Shown here: piece by piece, positions 36,642 through 46,138 of the stretch
How positions within the stretch are numbered: the stretch's first letter is position 1
Layout: each line of letters begins with the position of its first letter
Assembly: GCA_964638145.1 (NCBI GenBank)
Contig: CAZXAK010000007.1
Location: 151,757 to 215,756 of the forward strand
Origin: an uncultured Desulfobacterales bacterium
GTDB lineage: Bacteria; Desulfobacterota; Dissulfuribacteria; Dissulfuribacterales; QOAL01
Direction of reading: 5' to 3'
Length of the DNA: 64,000 nucleotides
Position numbers and translations under genes: made by a program
Notes under the pieces: generated by a model
The model's database searches: none
What the model was told of the DNA's origin: nothing
Seen by the model: only the letters and a program-made list of their open reading frames with translations

Positions 36642-37598
36642 ATGTATATGAAAAAGAGTATGATTATTGCTGCCATAGTAGCGGTATCCATGCTGTTCAC
36701 CGCCTACTGCGTCGGTGCAGCCCCAAAGGTTTCGTCGGACGGGTTGGTTACCGTGGAGTGGCTTTCAAAACATATGGATGACAGGGGCGTGGTTATCCTG
36801 GATGTCCGGACATTTCCTAAATATATGAAAAATCATATACCGGGTGCCATAAGGGCCTTTGGTCCCTGGCGTCTTACCAATGAAAAATTCGTTGGATTCA
36901 TGGCCCCTCCGGTTGGAGAGCTTGAGGAAATGTTGAGGGAGTTTGGTGTATCAAATGATTCCCTGGTCATTATCTACGATCAGGGCATGACATCAAGTGA
37001 TACGGCAAAGAGTGCCAGGGCACTCTGGACATTACATATGCTTGGCCATACCAATGTTGCGATTCTCGATGGAGGGTTCAATGCATGGGAGCAGAAGGAA
37101 TTGCCCTTGACGGCAACGCCGGCCATACCGGTCAGAGGCAATTTTACAGCAAAACCGGTTGCCAAAAAGGCCATAAGCCTTGAAGAGGTACAGAAGAAGC
37201 TGGGTTCCAAGGGTACCATTTTCCTGGATTGCAGGATACCTGCCGAACATTTCGGGCACGAGAAAAAGAGCAATATAGCCCGCTTCGGTCATCTGCCAGG
37301 TTCACTGTTGATGCCAGCCTCATTCCTGACAATTGGTGGACAGAACTTCTCTCCGGCCTATCTCCGAAAAAAGGATGAGCTGCGGCAGATGGCTTCAGGT
37401 GTGGGGCTGCCAAACAATTCCGGAGCCGAAATAGTTGTTTACAGCAATACTGGAGAAGAGGCCGCATTGTGTTATTTCGTGCTAAATAATATGCTGGGTT
37501 ATAATAATGTAAGGTTGTTTGACGGTTCTGTACTGGAGGCTGCCAAGGCAAAGGATATTGCCATGGTTAGATACTCCTGGGGCTGGAATGACAGATGA
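36642..37598 (+). CDS. Periplasmic tandem-rhodanese paralogue with Ser replacing the catalytic Cys
   Basis: The signal peptide is MYMKKSMIIAAIVAVSMLFTAYCVGA. It is collinear with the upstream rhodanese, but the catalytic loop reads VVYSNTGEEAA. GGAGG lies 7 nt before ATG 36642. Confidence 0.8.
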   Translation: MYMKKSMIIAAIVAVSMLFTAYCVGAAPKVSSDGLVTVEWLSKHMDDRGVVILDVRTFPKYMKNHIPGAIRAFGPWRLTNEKFVGFMAPPVGELEEMLREFGVSNDSLVIIYDQGMTSSDTAKSARALWTLHMLGHTNVAILDGGFNAWEQKELPLTATPAIPVRGNFTAKPVAKKAISLEEVQKKLGSKGTIFLDCRIPAEHFGHEKKSNIARFGHLPGSLLMPASFLTIGGQNFSPAYLRKKDELRQMASGVGLPNNSGAEIVVYSNTGEEAALCYFVLNNMLGYNNVRLFDGSVLEAAKAKDIAMVRYSWGWNDR

Positions 37599-37666
37599 TT
37601 TTGGATAAGGGTATTCGAATACAGTAACTAAAAAAAACAGGGGGCACAACAGGGAGGTAGTTTTAA

Positions 37667-38539
37667 ATGTGGAAGAATAGTTATGTTATATTTGCTGCTG
37701 TTGTGGCATTTGTGCTGGTAGCAGTATCTGCTGCGCAGGCAGGACCACCACTTACAAATGCCGAGGGTGTGGGAGGTATAGCGCTGAATCCTGTTGCCTA
37801 TGTGGCAAATCCCCTCAAGGAGGGGGACAAGGGACTGTTCGGTGCTGGAATCGTATCCAAACCCCAGTTGGGTGCGTGGTATATTGGACTGAACGAGAGT
37901 CACGTCAACTGGTTCACCACTGGAGGTAATATCTCATTCTTCAACCGGGTTGAGATCGGTTATTCTCATGAGTTCGTGGATGTGGAAGGGCTGCAGAACA
38001 TCAACAAGGATAACTTCAGTATCAAACTCAACCTGATCAAGGAAAATGACTTCGGCATGAGCTTTTTGCCTGCGTTCTCCTTTGGTACCATCTACAAGAA
38101 TACGGATGCCGATGACAGTCTCGACCTGAAGGATTCAGACGACTGGGATTTCTACTTTGTTGCCACAAAGATGATAACAGCTCTGCCAGTGCCTGTGATG
38201 CTCAATGCAGGGACACTCGGTACCAAGGGATTTGTCCGCGGTGTGCTGGGGTTTGGCGATGACAGGCAGTGGACGTTTTTTGGCAATATCGACGTGGTGC
38301 TCCTGAAGAAGTTCATTCTGGGGTATGAGTATCAGCAGGATGTTGATGTTGGAAACGTATTCAAGGGAGAGAGTGGGGCAGACCATTCCACCCATTCCAT
38401 GTGGGAAATCCATCTTGCCTACATGCACAACGAGCATCTGATGCTGGTTGCCTCCTATGCGTATACAGGCGACAAGGATGCGGTCAGTCAGGCATCGTTC
38501 GGTAACGCACTGGTACTTTCGGCACAGTACGCGTTTTGA
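37667..38539 (+). CDS. Outer-membrane beta-barrel protein (porin-like, unknown family)
   Basis: The signal peptide is MWKNSYVIFAAVVAFVLVAVSAAQA. Alternating amphipathic beta-strand patterns run throughout, and the C-terminus ends in the OMP signature LVLSAQYAF. Confidence 0.7.
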   Translation: MWKNSYVIFAAVVAFVLVAVSAAQAGPPLTNAEGVGGIALNPVAYVANPLKEGDKGLFGAGIVSKPQLGAWYIGLNESHVNWFTTGGNISFFNRVEIGYSHEFVDVEGLQNINKDNFSIKLNLIKENDFGMSFLPAFSFGTIYKNTDADDSLDLKDSDDWDFYFVATKMITALPVPVMLNAGTLGTKGFVRGVLGFGDDRQWTFFGNIDVVLLKKFILGYEYQQDVDVGNVFKGESGADHSTHSMWEIHLAYMHNEHLMLVASYAYTGDKDAVSQASFGNALVLSAQYAF

Positions 38540-38685
38540 TGGCCTTCCTCTGACATCTGTTTATGGTGAAGGATGGGAGAGGCGTGCTACATGGTGGTTT
38601 TCGTGCGATGCTATCCATCCTTCGTGGGTCCTGGTTAAATCAGGGGAAGTGAATCAGTAATCTGTTGTTTGCTAAGTAAAAAAAA

Positions 38686-38721
38686 ACAGGTACAGGAGTG
38701 CCCCCGCCTGTACCTGTTTTT
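38686..38721. terminator. Bidirectional rho-independent terminator
   Basis: ACAGGTACAGG-10 nt-CCTGTACCTGT is flanked by an A-run on the left and a T-run on the right, between convergent genes. Confidence 0.8.
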
Positions 38722-38741
38722 GGTTGTGGGGCATGCAGTTT

Positions 38742-39770
38742 TCAAGAGAATCTTTTGATGTACCACTGGGCAGCCTTGTCCAGTCCTTTCCTTACAGAGT
38801 ATTCCGGCTCATATCCCAGCAGGTCCCTGGCCTTTGAAATGTCCGCAAGTGAATGCCGTACATCACCAGGGCGGAAATCCCGGTAGACAGGTTTTACCGA
38901 GGCTGCCATGGGAAACTTGTCGATAACCCTGTCCTTTATCATTTGAAACAGTTCATTCAGGGTGGTCCTCTCCCCGAATGCCACATTGTACACCTGGTCA
39001 GTTGCCTCATCTCTTGTGCATGTTGCAGCCATGATGTTGGCCTGAACGCAATTTTCGATAAAACAGAAATCCCTGCTGGTCTCACCGTCTCCATTTATAT
39101 ATACAGGTTCGTTTTTCATGATCGAGGCAAACCACTTGGGGATCACTGCTGCGTACGCTCCATCAGGGTCCTGACGCTGGCCAAAGATGTTGAAGTAGCG
39201 CAGCCCAATGGTCTTGAAGTCGTAGGTCCTTGCAAATACAGATGCATACAGCTCGTTTACCAGCTTGGTAACAGCATAGGGCGAGAGGGGATTGCCGATT
39301 TTGGCCTCAATCTTTGGCAGGTCGGGGTGGTCTCCATACGTTGAGCTGGATGCCGCATATACAAAACGTCTTACTCCTGTGTCTCGCGCAGCAACCAGCA
39401 TGTTAAGGAATCCGGAGATGTTGTTCTCGTTGGTGTTTATGGGATCTTCTATGGAGCGCGGCACAGAGCCCAGTGCCGCCTGGTGCAGTACATAGTCCAC
39501 ATTGCTGCACGCCTGCACACACGTGGGCAGGTCACGGATGTCGCCCTTTATGAATTTGAACCTTTCCCACTGGTCAGGCCTGACCCTGCTTTGCACCTCC
39601 TCCAGATTTTTTCTGAAGCCAGTGGAAAAGTTGTCAATGCCTGTAACCATCTGGTCCATATTTAGCAGTGTTTCCAACAGATTGGAACCGATGAAGCCTG
39701 CAACGCCTGTGACAAGCCACGAGCAGGGGCGAGATTGAAGCTCTGAGCATCTCTGTTTGTAGAGTGACAT
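38742..39770 (-). CDS. NAD-dependent nucleotide-sugar epimerase/dehydratase (UDP-GlcNAc 4-epimerase WbpP/TviC-like)
   Basis: Rossmann motif [12 protein letters not shown], catalytic SSSTYG and YAVTK (YxxxK), 342 aa. Confidence 0.85.
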   Translation of the reverse strand: MSLYKQRCSELQSRPCSWLVTGVAGFIGSNLLETLLNMDQMVTGIDNFSTGFRKNLEEVQSRVRPDQWERFKFIKGDIRDLPTCVQACSNVDYVLHQAALGSVPRSIEDPINTNENNISGFLNMLVAARDTGVRRFVYAASSSTYGDHPDLPKIEAKIGNPLSPYAVTKLVNELYASVFARTYDFKTIGLRYFNIFGQRQDPDGAYAAVIPKWFASIMKNEPVYINGDGETSRDFCFIENCVQANIMAATCTRDEATDQVYNVAFGERTTLNELFQMIKDRVIDKFPMAASVKPVYRDFRPGDVRHSLADISKARDLLGYEPEYSVRKGLDKAAQWYIKRFS

Positions 39771-39965
39771 AGTAAATTCCGGTGGTTAGGGTTAGGATAC
39801 AAAAGGATGTCTGTAAATAATCATCGGATTAGAAGCAACATCCCTTAACTGGGCCTGAATCCGGCGCTCCACCCGCCATTTTGGCAACGGATGGTATATG
39901 TGGGCCCACGGATATTATTCTTTATGTTGCCTGTTCCTGTATGAATGTTTATATATAACATTCTT

Positions 39966-42053
39966 ATGGCACGAACCAGGTCTGTCAGGAAAAAAACATC
40001 AAAGAGCAGGGCAAAGGGCCCGCGGAAGTGGGGCGTTGGTCCCCTTCTGTTCATCATATGGTCATGCACCTTCCTGGTGACCCTTGGGGTAGGGGCACTG
40101 GTTGCAGGTTACATGATGCTGGGGCTTCCAGAGATTTCAAGTCTTCACTCATACCGTCCCAACATGGTTACAGAGGTGCTGGACTCCAGTTACAAACCCC
40201 TTGCATACTGGTACAAGGAGAAGCGTTGGCCCCTGCCCATGTCCCAGATACCTGAACAGTTGGCCCATGCCTTCCTGGCCGCCGAGGATGCGCGTTTTTA
40301 TGAGCATGGCGGTATTGATTTCATGGGCGTCATAAGGGCGGTGATCAAGAATGTTGAGGCAGGCGGTATAGTCCAGGGGGCAAGTACTATCACACAGCAG
40401 GTTACGCGTTCACTCCTGCTAACCCCAGAGAGAAGCTGGCTTCGCAAGCTCAAGGAGGCAGTGCTTGCCTGGCAGATTGACGCATCTCTTTCAAAGGACG
40501 AGATACTCTGTATTTACCTTAACCAGATCTATCTTGGCCAGGGGGCATATGGGGTGGAGGCGGCGGCCCGGACCTATTTTGCAAAACATGTCTATCAGTT
40601 GAACCTTGCCGAGTGTGCCATGCTGGCAGGGCTGCCTCAGGCCCCCAGTCGCTATAACCCCGCCAGGCACTTTGAGCGTGCGAGGAAGCGGCAGCTCTAT
40701 GTGCTCAGGCGTATGGTGGAGGAGGGATATATCCGTCCTGAGGAGGCAGAGGCTGCGCGCAATACCCATATCGTCATCAAGTCCGAAAAGCTGGAACTGC
40801 CTCCTGGTGTCGGATATTTCCTGGCAGAGGTCAGAAAGGAGATGAAGGCCCGTTATGGCGAGCACAGACTGCTAACTGACGGCCTTACCATTGTGACCAC
40901 CCTTGACAGGGAGTGGCAGAAGCAGGCTGCCTCTTCTGTAAAACAGGGCATTGACAGTCTGCTGAAACGTCACAAGAGGGATAGCGCCCTGAAGGAGAAT
41001 GTGGAGTGCGCCATGGTCTCCATGGAGGCAGATACAGGTGCAGTCAGGGCACTTTGGGGTGGGAGTGACTTCCGAAAGAGCCAGTTCGATCTTGCCATCC
41101 AGGGCAGGATGCAGCCTGGTTCCTGTTTCAAGCCCATTGTGTACGCCACGGCCCTTAAAGAGCATGTTGTGGCCCCCAATTCCATTATTGTTGACGAACC
41201 CCTGTCACTTCCAGGTTCAGATCCCTCAAAGCCCTGGCAACCTGAGAACTTTGACAAGAAGTACATGGGGCCCATTACCATACGTACGGCCCTGACATAT
41301 TCCAGAAATGTGATTTCAGTTAAGCTGGCCCGTCTCGTAGGCACCAAGGCAATAGTGGAGCAGGCAAGGCGCATGGGGATAAGTGTGCCAATATCCCAGG
41401 ATCTCTCAATCGCGTTGGGTTCCTCTGCAGTGCCCCCCATTCAGCTCGTTCAGGCATACAGTACCTTTCCGAATCTTGGAAAGACAGTACGACCACAGTT
41501 CATAGATGCCGTGATGGACCGGAATGATCATCTGCTCGAGGAGCTGGAGCCGGAGTACACCGAATCCCTTGATCCGGTAACGGCCTTTCAGATGGTACTT
41601 CTGCTGGAAGGAGTGGTACAGGACGGAACTGGCCGCTATGCCAAAAGGCTTAAGTGGCCAGTTGGAGGTAAGACAGGCACCACTGACAATTACAAGGATG
41701 CATGGTTCATGGGCTTTACCCCGGACGTGGTTACAGGCGTTTGGGTGGGCAGGAAGGACAAGAAGTCTCTTGGCCGGTTAGAGACAGGTGGCCGGGTTGC
41801 ATGTCCTATCTGGACTTCCTTTATGAAGATCACCATTGAAAATCCCAAGAAGAAGGATTTCCCGGTGCCTGATGGTGTGGCCCTGGTGCCGGTGAATAAA
41901 CGCACAGGCGAGATAGTGACTGTTGAACCTGACAAGGACAAGAATGTGGTATGGGAGGCCTTTCCTGTGGATGACCTGCCTACTTTGGAGCCAAGCACGG
42001 GAATCTTCAACCTGCCATCCATTCTTGAAAAGATAGGTGGCCTGTTCAGATAG
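39966..42053 (+). CDS. mrcA: Penicillin-binding protein 1A (bifunctional transglycosylase/transpeptidase)
   Basis: Transglycosylase motifs EDARFYEHGGID, GASTITQQ and RKLKEA. Transpeptidase motifs SCFK (SxxK), SRN and KTGTT. There is an N-terminal basic tail plus a TM helix. The start is taken at ATG 39966. Confidence 0.93.
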   Translation: MARTRSVRKKTSKSRAKGPRKWGVGPLLFIIWSCTFLVTLGVGALVAGYMMLGLPEISSLHSYRPNMVTEVLDSSYKPLAYWYKEKRWPLPMSQIPEQLAHAFLAAEDARFYEHGGIDFMGVIRAVIKNVEAGGIVQGASTITQQVTRSLLLTPERSWLRKLKEAVLAWQIDASLSKDEILCIYLNQIYLGQGAYGVEAAARTYFAKHVYQLNLAECAMLAGLPQAPSRYNPARHFERARKRQLYVLRRMVEEGYIRPEEAEAARNTHIVIKSEKLELPPGVGYFLAEVRKEMKARYGEHRLLTDGLTIVTTLDREWQKQAASSVKQGIDSLLKRHKRDSALKENVECAMVSMEADTGAVRALWGGSDFRKSQFDLAIQGRMQPGSCFKPIVYATALKEHVVAPNSIIVDEPLSLPGSDPSKPWQPENFDKKYMGPITIRTALTYSRNVISVKLARLVGTKAIVEQARRMGISVPISQDLSIALGSSAVPPIQLVQAYSTFPNLGKTVRPQFIDAVMDRNDHLLEELEPEYTESLDPVTAFQMVLLLEGVVQDGTGRYAKRLKWPVGGKTGTTDNYKDAWFMGFTPDVVTGVWVGRKDKKSLGRLETGGRVACPIWTSFMKITIENPKKKDFPVPDGVALVPVNKRTGEIVTVEPDKDKNVVWEAFPVDDLPTLEPSTGIFNLPSILEKIGGLFR

Positions 42054-42206
42054 AGACCATGCTACATGACGCCTGTATGGCCTTCGGCCTTTGCCAATTG
42101 CCTCTGCATTTCAGGTGTGGTGTAGTATGAGATCAGATTTATAACATATAAAATTTCAATATGTGGCGGTCTCTTGAGACGCCCTTGATAATAGGTTGAA
42201 AGCAAA

Positions 42207-43577
42207 ATGGATTCAAACAGTGAAGCAATAGAACTTACTCGTAAGCTTGAGGCACTGGTTCCACAGAAACTGGGTGGCCTGTTCCAGGAGTATGGTGTTG
42301 ATATTAATGATGTGCTGGCCTCCCTCAAGTGGAAACCGCTGGTGCTGATAATAGGCAATTACTCATCGGGTAAATCCACCTTCATCAATGAGGTCCTGGG
42401 AAGAGATGTGCAGCGGACAGGCCAGGCCCCTACTGATGACAGCTTTACCGTACTTGCCGGCGCCTCCCCTCAGGAATCAGGCAAGGAGATACCGGGAAGC
42501 ACGGTGATCCGGGATGCCAGTCTGCCGTTTCAGCCCCTTCGCCATTTTGGTGAGAGTCTCATGTCACACTTCAGCATGAAACTGGTCTATTCCCCAGTGC
42601 TTGAAGACGTGGCAATAATAGATACCCCTGGCATGCTGGATTCCGTGACAGAGAAGGACAGGGGCTATGACTATCTTGGGGTGATAGGCGAATTGGCCAA
42701 GATTTCAGACCTGATCGTCCTGATGTTTGACCCCCACAAGGCTGGGACCATCAAGGAGACCTATCAGGTCATAAGGAGCACGCTTCCAGGTGCTGCAGGT
42801 GAGGACCGGGTGCGTTATGTGCTCAACAGGATTGACGAGTGTGACAACATAGCCGATTTGCTTAGGGCCTACGGGACCTTGTGCTGGAACCTGTCACAGA
42901 TGACAGGGAGGAAGGATCTGCCGCGTATATATCTGACATATGCCCCATGTGACGAATCAAGTTTGCCCCAGGGTTTTGAGGTCTGGCGGAATGAGCGTGA
43001 TGAGCTCAAGCGTTCACTCAGATCAGCCCCGAGGCTCCGTCTGGATCATATACTCCAGCAGGTTGACGGCGCAGTGCGGGAGTTGAGAATGGAGGTGGAG
43101 GCCTTGGACAGTTTCAAACAGGGCTTCCTGAAGCGGCTCAGGGCATCTCTTCGTACATGGGGGCTTGTGATGCTTCTGGCCTTTCTGTTTGGAGATACGC
43201 TTACGCACTTGGCTTTCGGGTATCCAGAGGTATCTTTCCTTGGCGAGTTGCTTTCAGGCCATCTGGATATCAGTGATCTTATGTGGCCTTCCCTGTGGGC
43301 ACTTGCCGTGGGCCTGGCTGGCATAGTCTGGATTCAGAAGATAAAATTTCCAGCCTATACCCGCAAGGTACTCTCATCTCTTGATTCCCTGATCAAGCTT
43401 GATACCTCGTACAAGACAGACATATGGCAGAGGGTCAAGTCAAGGGTGCGGGACCTCATCACGTCGAATCCTGGCCATCAGCTCAGGGTATCCCATGCCA
43501 GGAACCTGTTGCGAATAGAGAAATTTCTTAGACATGACCTTAAGAAATTCTACAGGGAACTGGAGCAGGGGCGATGA
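42207..43577 (+). CDS. Dynamin-like GTPase with C-terminal membrane segments
   Basis: G1 is GNYSSGKST, G3 is DTPG and G4-like is NRID. Two hydrophobic segments (WGLVMLLAFLFG..., LWALAVGLAGIVWI) lie near the C-terminus. Confidence 0.65.
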   Translation: MDSNSEAIELTRKLEALVPQKLGGLFQEYGVDINDVLASLKWKPLVLIIGNYSSGKSTFINEVLGRDVQRTGQAPTDDSFTVLAGASPQESGKEIPGSTVIRDASLPFQPLRHFGESLMSHFSMKLVYSPVLEDVAIIDTPGMLDSVTEKDRGYDYLGVIGELAKISDLIVLMFDPHKAGTIKETYQVIRSTLPGAAGEDRVRYVLNRIDECDNIADLLRAYGTLCWNLSQMTGRKDLPRIYLTYAPCDESSLPQGFEVWRNERDELKRSLRSAPRLRLDHILQQVDGAVRELRMEVEALDSFKQGFLKRLRASLRTWGLVMLLAFLFGDTLTHLAFGYPEVSFLGELLSGHLDISDLMWPSLWALAVGLAGIVWIQKIKFPAYTRKVLSSLDSLIKLDTSYKTDIWQRVKSRVRDLITSNPGHQLRVSHARNLLRIEKFLRHDLKKFYRELEQGR

Positions 43578-43635
43578 GCCGGAGATGGGCTGTATGATCT
43601 GAGATATAAGAAACAAAAAGAAATGCGGAGGAACT

Positions 43636-44385
43636 ATGTCCGGACATTCCAAGTGGAGCACAATAAAACATAAAAAGGCTGCTACCGATGCCAAACGTGG
43701 TAAAATTTTTACCAAACTTATCAAGGAAATAACTGTTGCTGCAAGGTTGGGAGGAGGAGATCCATCTGCCAATCCCAGACTCAGGGCAGCCATTGATGCG
43801 GCCAAGAGCCAGAACATGCCCAAGAGTAATATTGAGAGGGCCATTAAAAAGGGTACCGGAGAGCTTGAGGGTGTAAACTATGAAGAGATCACCTATGAGG
43901 GATATGGGCCTGGCGGTGTGGCAGTACTGGTTGAGACAATTACTGACAACCGCCAGCGTACAGTGGCTGAGGTGAGACATCTGCTCTCAAAACGTGGTGG
44001 AAATATGGGGGAGCCAGGAAGTGTGGCCTGGGTCTTTGAGAAAAAGGGTTTGATAGTTATTGAAAAGGACAAGGTTGACGAGGAGACCCTGATGGATGTG
44101 GCCCTTGAGGCCGGTGCAGACGATATCAGGGATGAGGGTAGTGAGTGGGAGGTAGAGACCTCTCCGGATGTCTTGCCTGCTGTGCGGGACGCTGTCAAGG
44201 CCGCTGGTATTGAGATAATCTCTGCAGAGGTTTCCATGGTGCCAAGCACCACTGTAAAACTCGAAGACGAGAAGCAGGCAAAGCAGATGCTACTTCTCAT
44301 GGAGGCCTTGGAAGAAAATGATGATGTGCAGAATGTGTATGCCAATTTTGATATTCCGGAGGATATCCTTGAAAAGGTAGCCTGA
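43636..44385 (+). CDS. yebC: YebC/PmpR-family transcriptional regulator
   Basis: [32 protein letters not shown] is the canonical family N-terminus. It lies upstream of ruvCAB, as in many bacteria. Confidence 0.95.
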   Translation: MSGHSKWSTIKHKKAATDAKRGKIFTKLIKEITVAARLGGGDPSANPRLRAAIDAAKSQNMPKSNIERAIKKGTGELEGVNYEEITYEGYGPGGVAVLVETITDNRQRTVAEVRHLLSKRGGNMGEPGSVAWVFEKKGLIVIEKDKVDEETLMDVALEAGADDIRDEGSEWEVETSPDVLPAVRDAVKAAGIEIISAEVSMVPSTTVKLEDEKQAKQMLLLMEALEENDDVQNVYANFDIPEDILEKVA

Positions 44386-44430
44386 TACAGATATATCATT
44401 GACAAATCATGGCAACTGCTGAGTTTTAGA

Positions 44431-44706
44431 CCTGAATTGAGCGATTCCCTGGTTTGCATGAGATGCAAGGCGGATGATACACAGACGTACTGTGGTACTT
44501 CAGGTATGGTATCCCACAGGTAAGCGAAGACCCTGAGGCAGCCGATTATGCCAAATTGGGAATCCCGCCCCTCGGTTTCAAATTGTGTAGAAAGCAAAAA
44601 GTTACGCCAAACCCGTTGTGTTACGGATAATTTTACAAAAACAGCATTAATTTACTGTGGTTAAAGGCAAGACAAGATTTTACATGATTTGAACGCTCAA
44701 TTCAGG
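44431..44706. mobile_element. MITE copy 2 (276 bp; full modular copy A+B)
   Basis: It runs from CCTGAATTGAGCGATTC to GAACGCTCAATTCAGG. The left half matches 33334-33499 and the right half matches 61781-61939, joined at the shared GGGAATCCC block. Confidence 0.85.
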
Positions 44707-44811
44707 TTAAAGGCATGAGAAAATCACCAGCACCTTAAACCATTGTTTCTGTATTTGAGGTGTCCTGTGGTGTGGCCTGGCTATTTTGATGATTCGTACT
44801 GAGAGATACCT

Positions 44812-45327
44812 TTGTTGAAGTCCCAAACCATCATTGGCATAGATCCTGGTTCCAGGGCAACCGGTTTCGGAGTGGTAGAGAGCAGTGGCAGCAGTCTGCA
44901 CTGTCTTGGCGCCGGGGTGATTCGTGTTTCCGGAGAGACCGTGTTCGCAAATCGCCTCGATCGTCTCTATTCCGGTGTGGCAAAGGCCATTGAGCAGTAT
45001 GCCCCCACTGTCTTTGCCATAGAGGATCTGTTCTTTGCAAGGAATGCTAAGAGCGCCTTGAAGCTCGGCCATGCCCGGGCCGCTGCCATTCTTGCTGCCG
45101 TGCATCATGGACTGCCAGTTTATGAGTATACTCCTCTTGCAATCAAAAAGGCTGTGGTGGGATATGGAAAGGCAGAAAAGGGCCAGGTACAGCAGATGGT
45201 AAGGATACTCCTGAACTTGTGTTCACTGCCTGCGCAGGATGCTGCCGATGCCCTGGCTGTGGCCATATGTCATGCCAATACGTCCCGAATGGCACTGAAG
45301 GCCTCTGTTGCCATAAATGTCCTTTGA
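44812..45327 (+). CDS. ruvC: Holliday junction resolvase RuvC
   Basis: IIGIDPGSRATGFGVV...FAIEDLFFARNAKSALKLGHARA...DAADALAVAICHA. TTG start, exact codon uncertain. Confidence 0.93.
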   Translation: MLKSQTIIGIDPGSRATGFGVVESSGSSLHCLGAGVIRVSGETVFANRLDRLYSGVAKAIEQYAPTVFAIEDLFFARNAKSALKLGHARAAAILAAVHHGLPVYEYTPLAIKKAVVGYGKAEKGQVQQMVRILLNLCSLPAQDAADALAVAICHANTSRMALKASVAINVL

Positions 45328-45471
45328 CCATTTTATCAATCCTTGTGTGCTGCTTTAAACTGGTGCCCCTGTTACAGGGGCGTGTTCCAGGCATTTGGAT
45401 GGCGGAGCGTGTTTCCCCATGCGTTTAAAGCTTATCAGTTGCAACAGTCTGTTTAGGAGGAGTAAATTGTA

Positions 45472-46116
45472 ATGATAGGCTTTCTTAAAGGCACTGTGCA
45501 TAGTAAGCAGGATGGGAAACTCCTGATAGAGGTCAGAGGAGTGGGATACGAACTTTTCATGCCCGAGCGGGACCTTGGACAGCTTCCTGGCCCGGGTGGT
45601 GAGGCCTTTGTTCATGTGCATACGGCATTTCGTGATGATGCCATCTCTTTGTTCGGTTTCACCAGTCGTGAGCGCAGACAGCTCTTCCGTCTGCTTCTGG
45701 ACGTCTCAGGTGTTGGCCCCAAGCTCGCCATGAATGTGCTTTCCGATATTTCTGCCAAGGATCTGCTTGGGGTCCTTGCCAGGGGAGAGTGTGCTGTGCT
45801 TGAGACAATTCATGGTGTTGGCAAGAAGACTGCTGCCAGGCTCTGTGTGGACCTGAAGGACAGGGCCGCAAAGGTCCTGATGGAAAACGGGATGGAAGTT
45901 CATGCCGCTGCTCCTGTATCCCAACACCCCTCTGAGGGTGGAGATTCTGTGGTGTCCGATGCCATTTCGGCCCTTGTAAATCTCGGATGGCGTATGTCTG
46001 AAGTCGAACGGGCTGTTGCAGCAGTGCTTGAGGCATCTCCGGATGCCGCAGACCTTGAACAGGTCATCACAGGGGCTTTGGCAAGGCTGTCCACACTTCA
46101 GCGCAGTCTAAGATAG
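45472..46116 (+). CDS. ruvA: Holliday junction DNA helicase RuvA
   Basis: MIGFLKG...GVGYELFMP...LLDVSGVGPKLAMNVLS...IHGVGKKTAARL. Confidence 0.95.
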   Translation: MIGFLKGTVHSKQDGKLLIEVRGVGYELFMPERDLGQLPGPGGEAFVHVHTAFRDDAISLFGFTSRERRQLFRLLLDVSGVGPKLAMNVLSDISAKDLLGVLARGECAVLETIHGVGKKTAARLCVDLKDRAAKVLMENGMEVHAAAPVSQHPSEGGDSVVSDAISALVNLGWRMSEVERAVAAVLEASPDAADLEQVITGALARLSTLQRSLR

Positions 46117-46138
46117 GGTTTGTCTATCCGTTGATTAA

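Noticed and set aside
43893-44597. The 234-aa minus-strand ORF.
   Set aside because: It is antisense to the clearly recognisable yebC gene and runs into the MITE. It is low-complexity and Ser-rich, so it is a shadow ORF.
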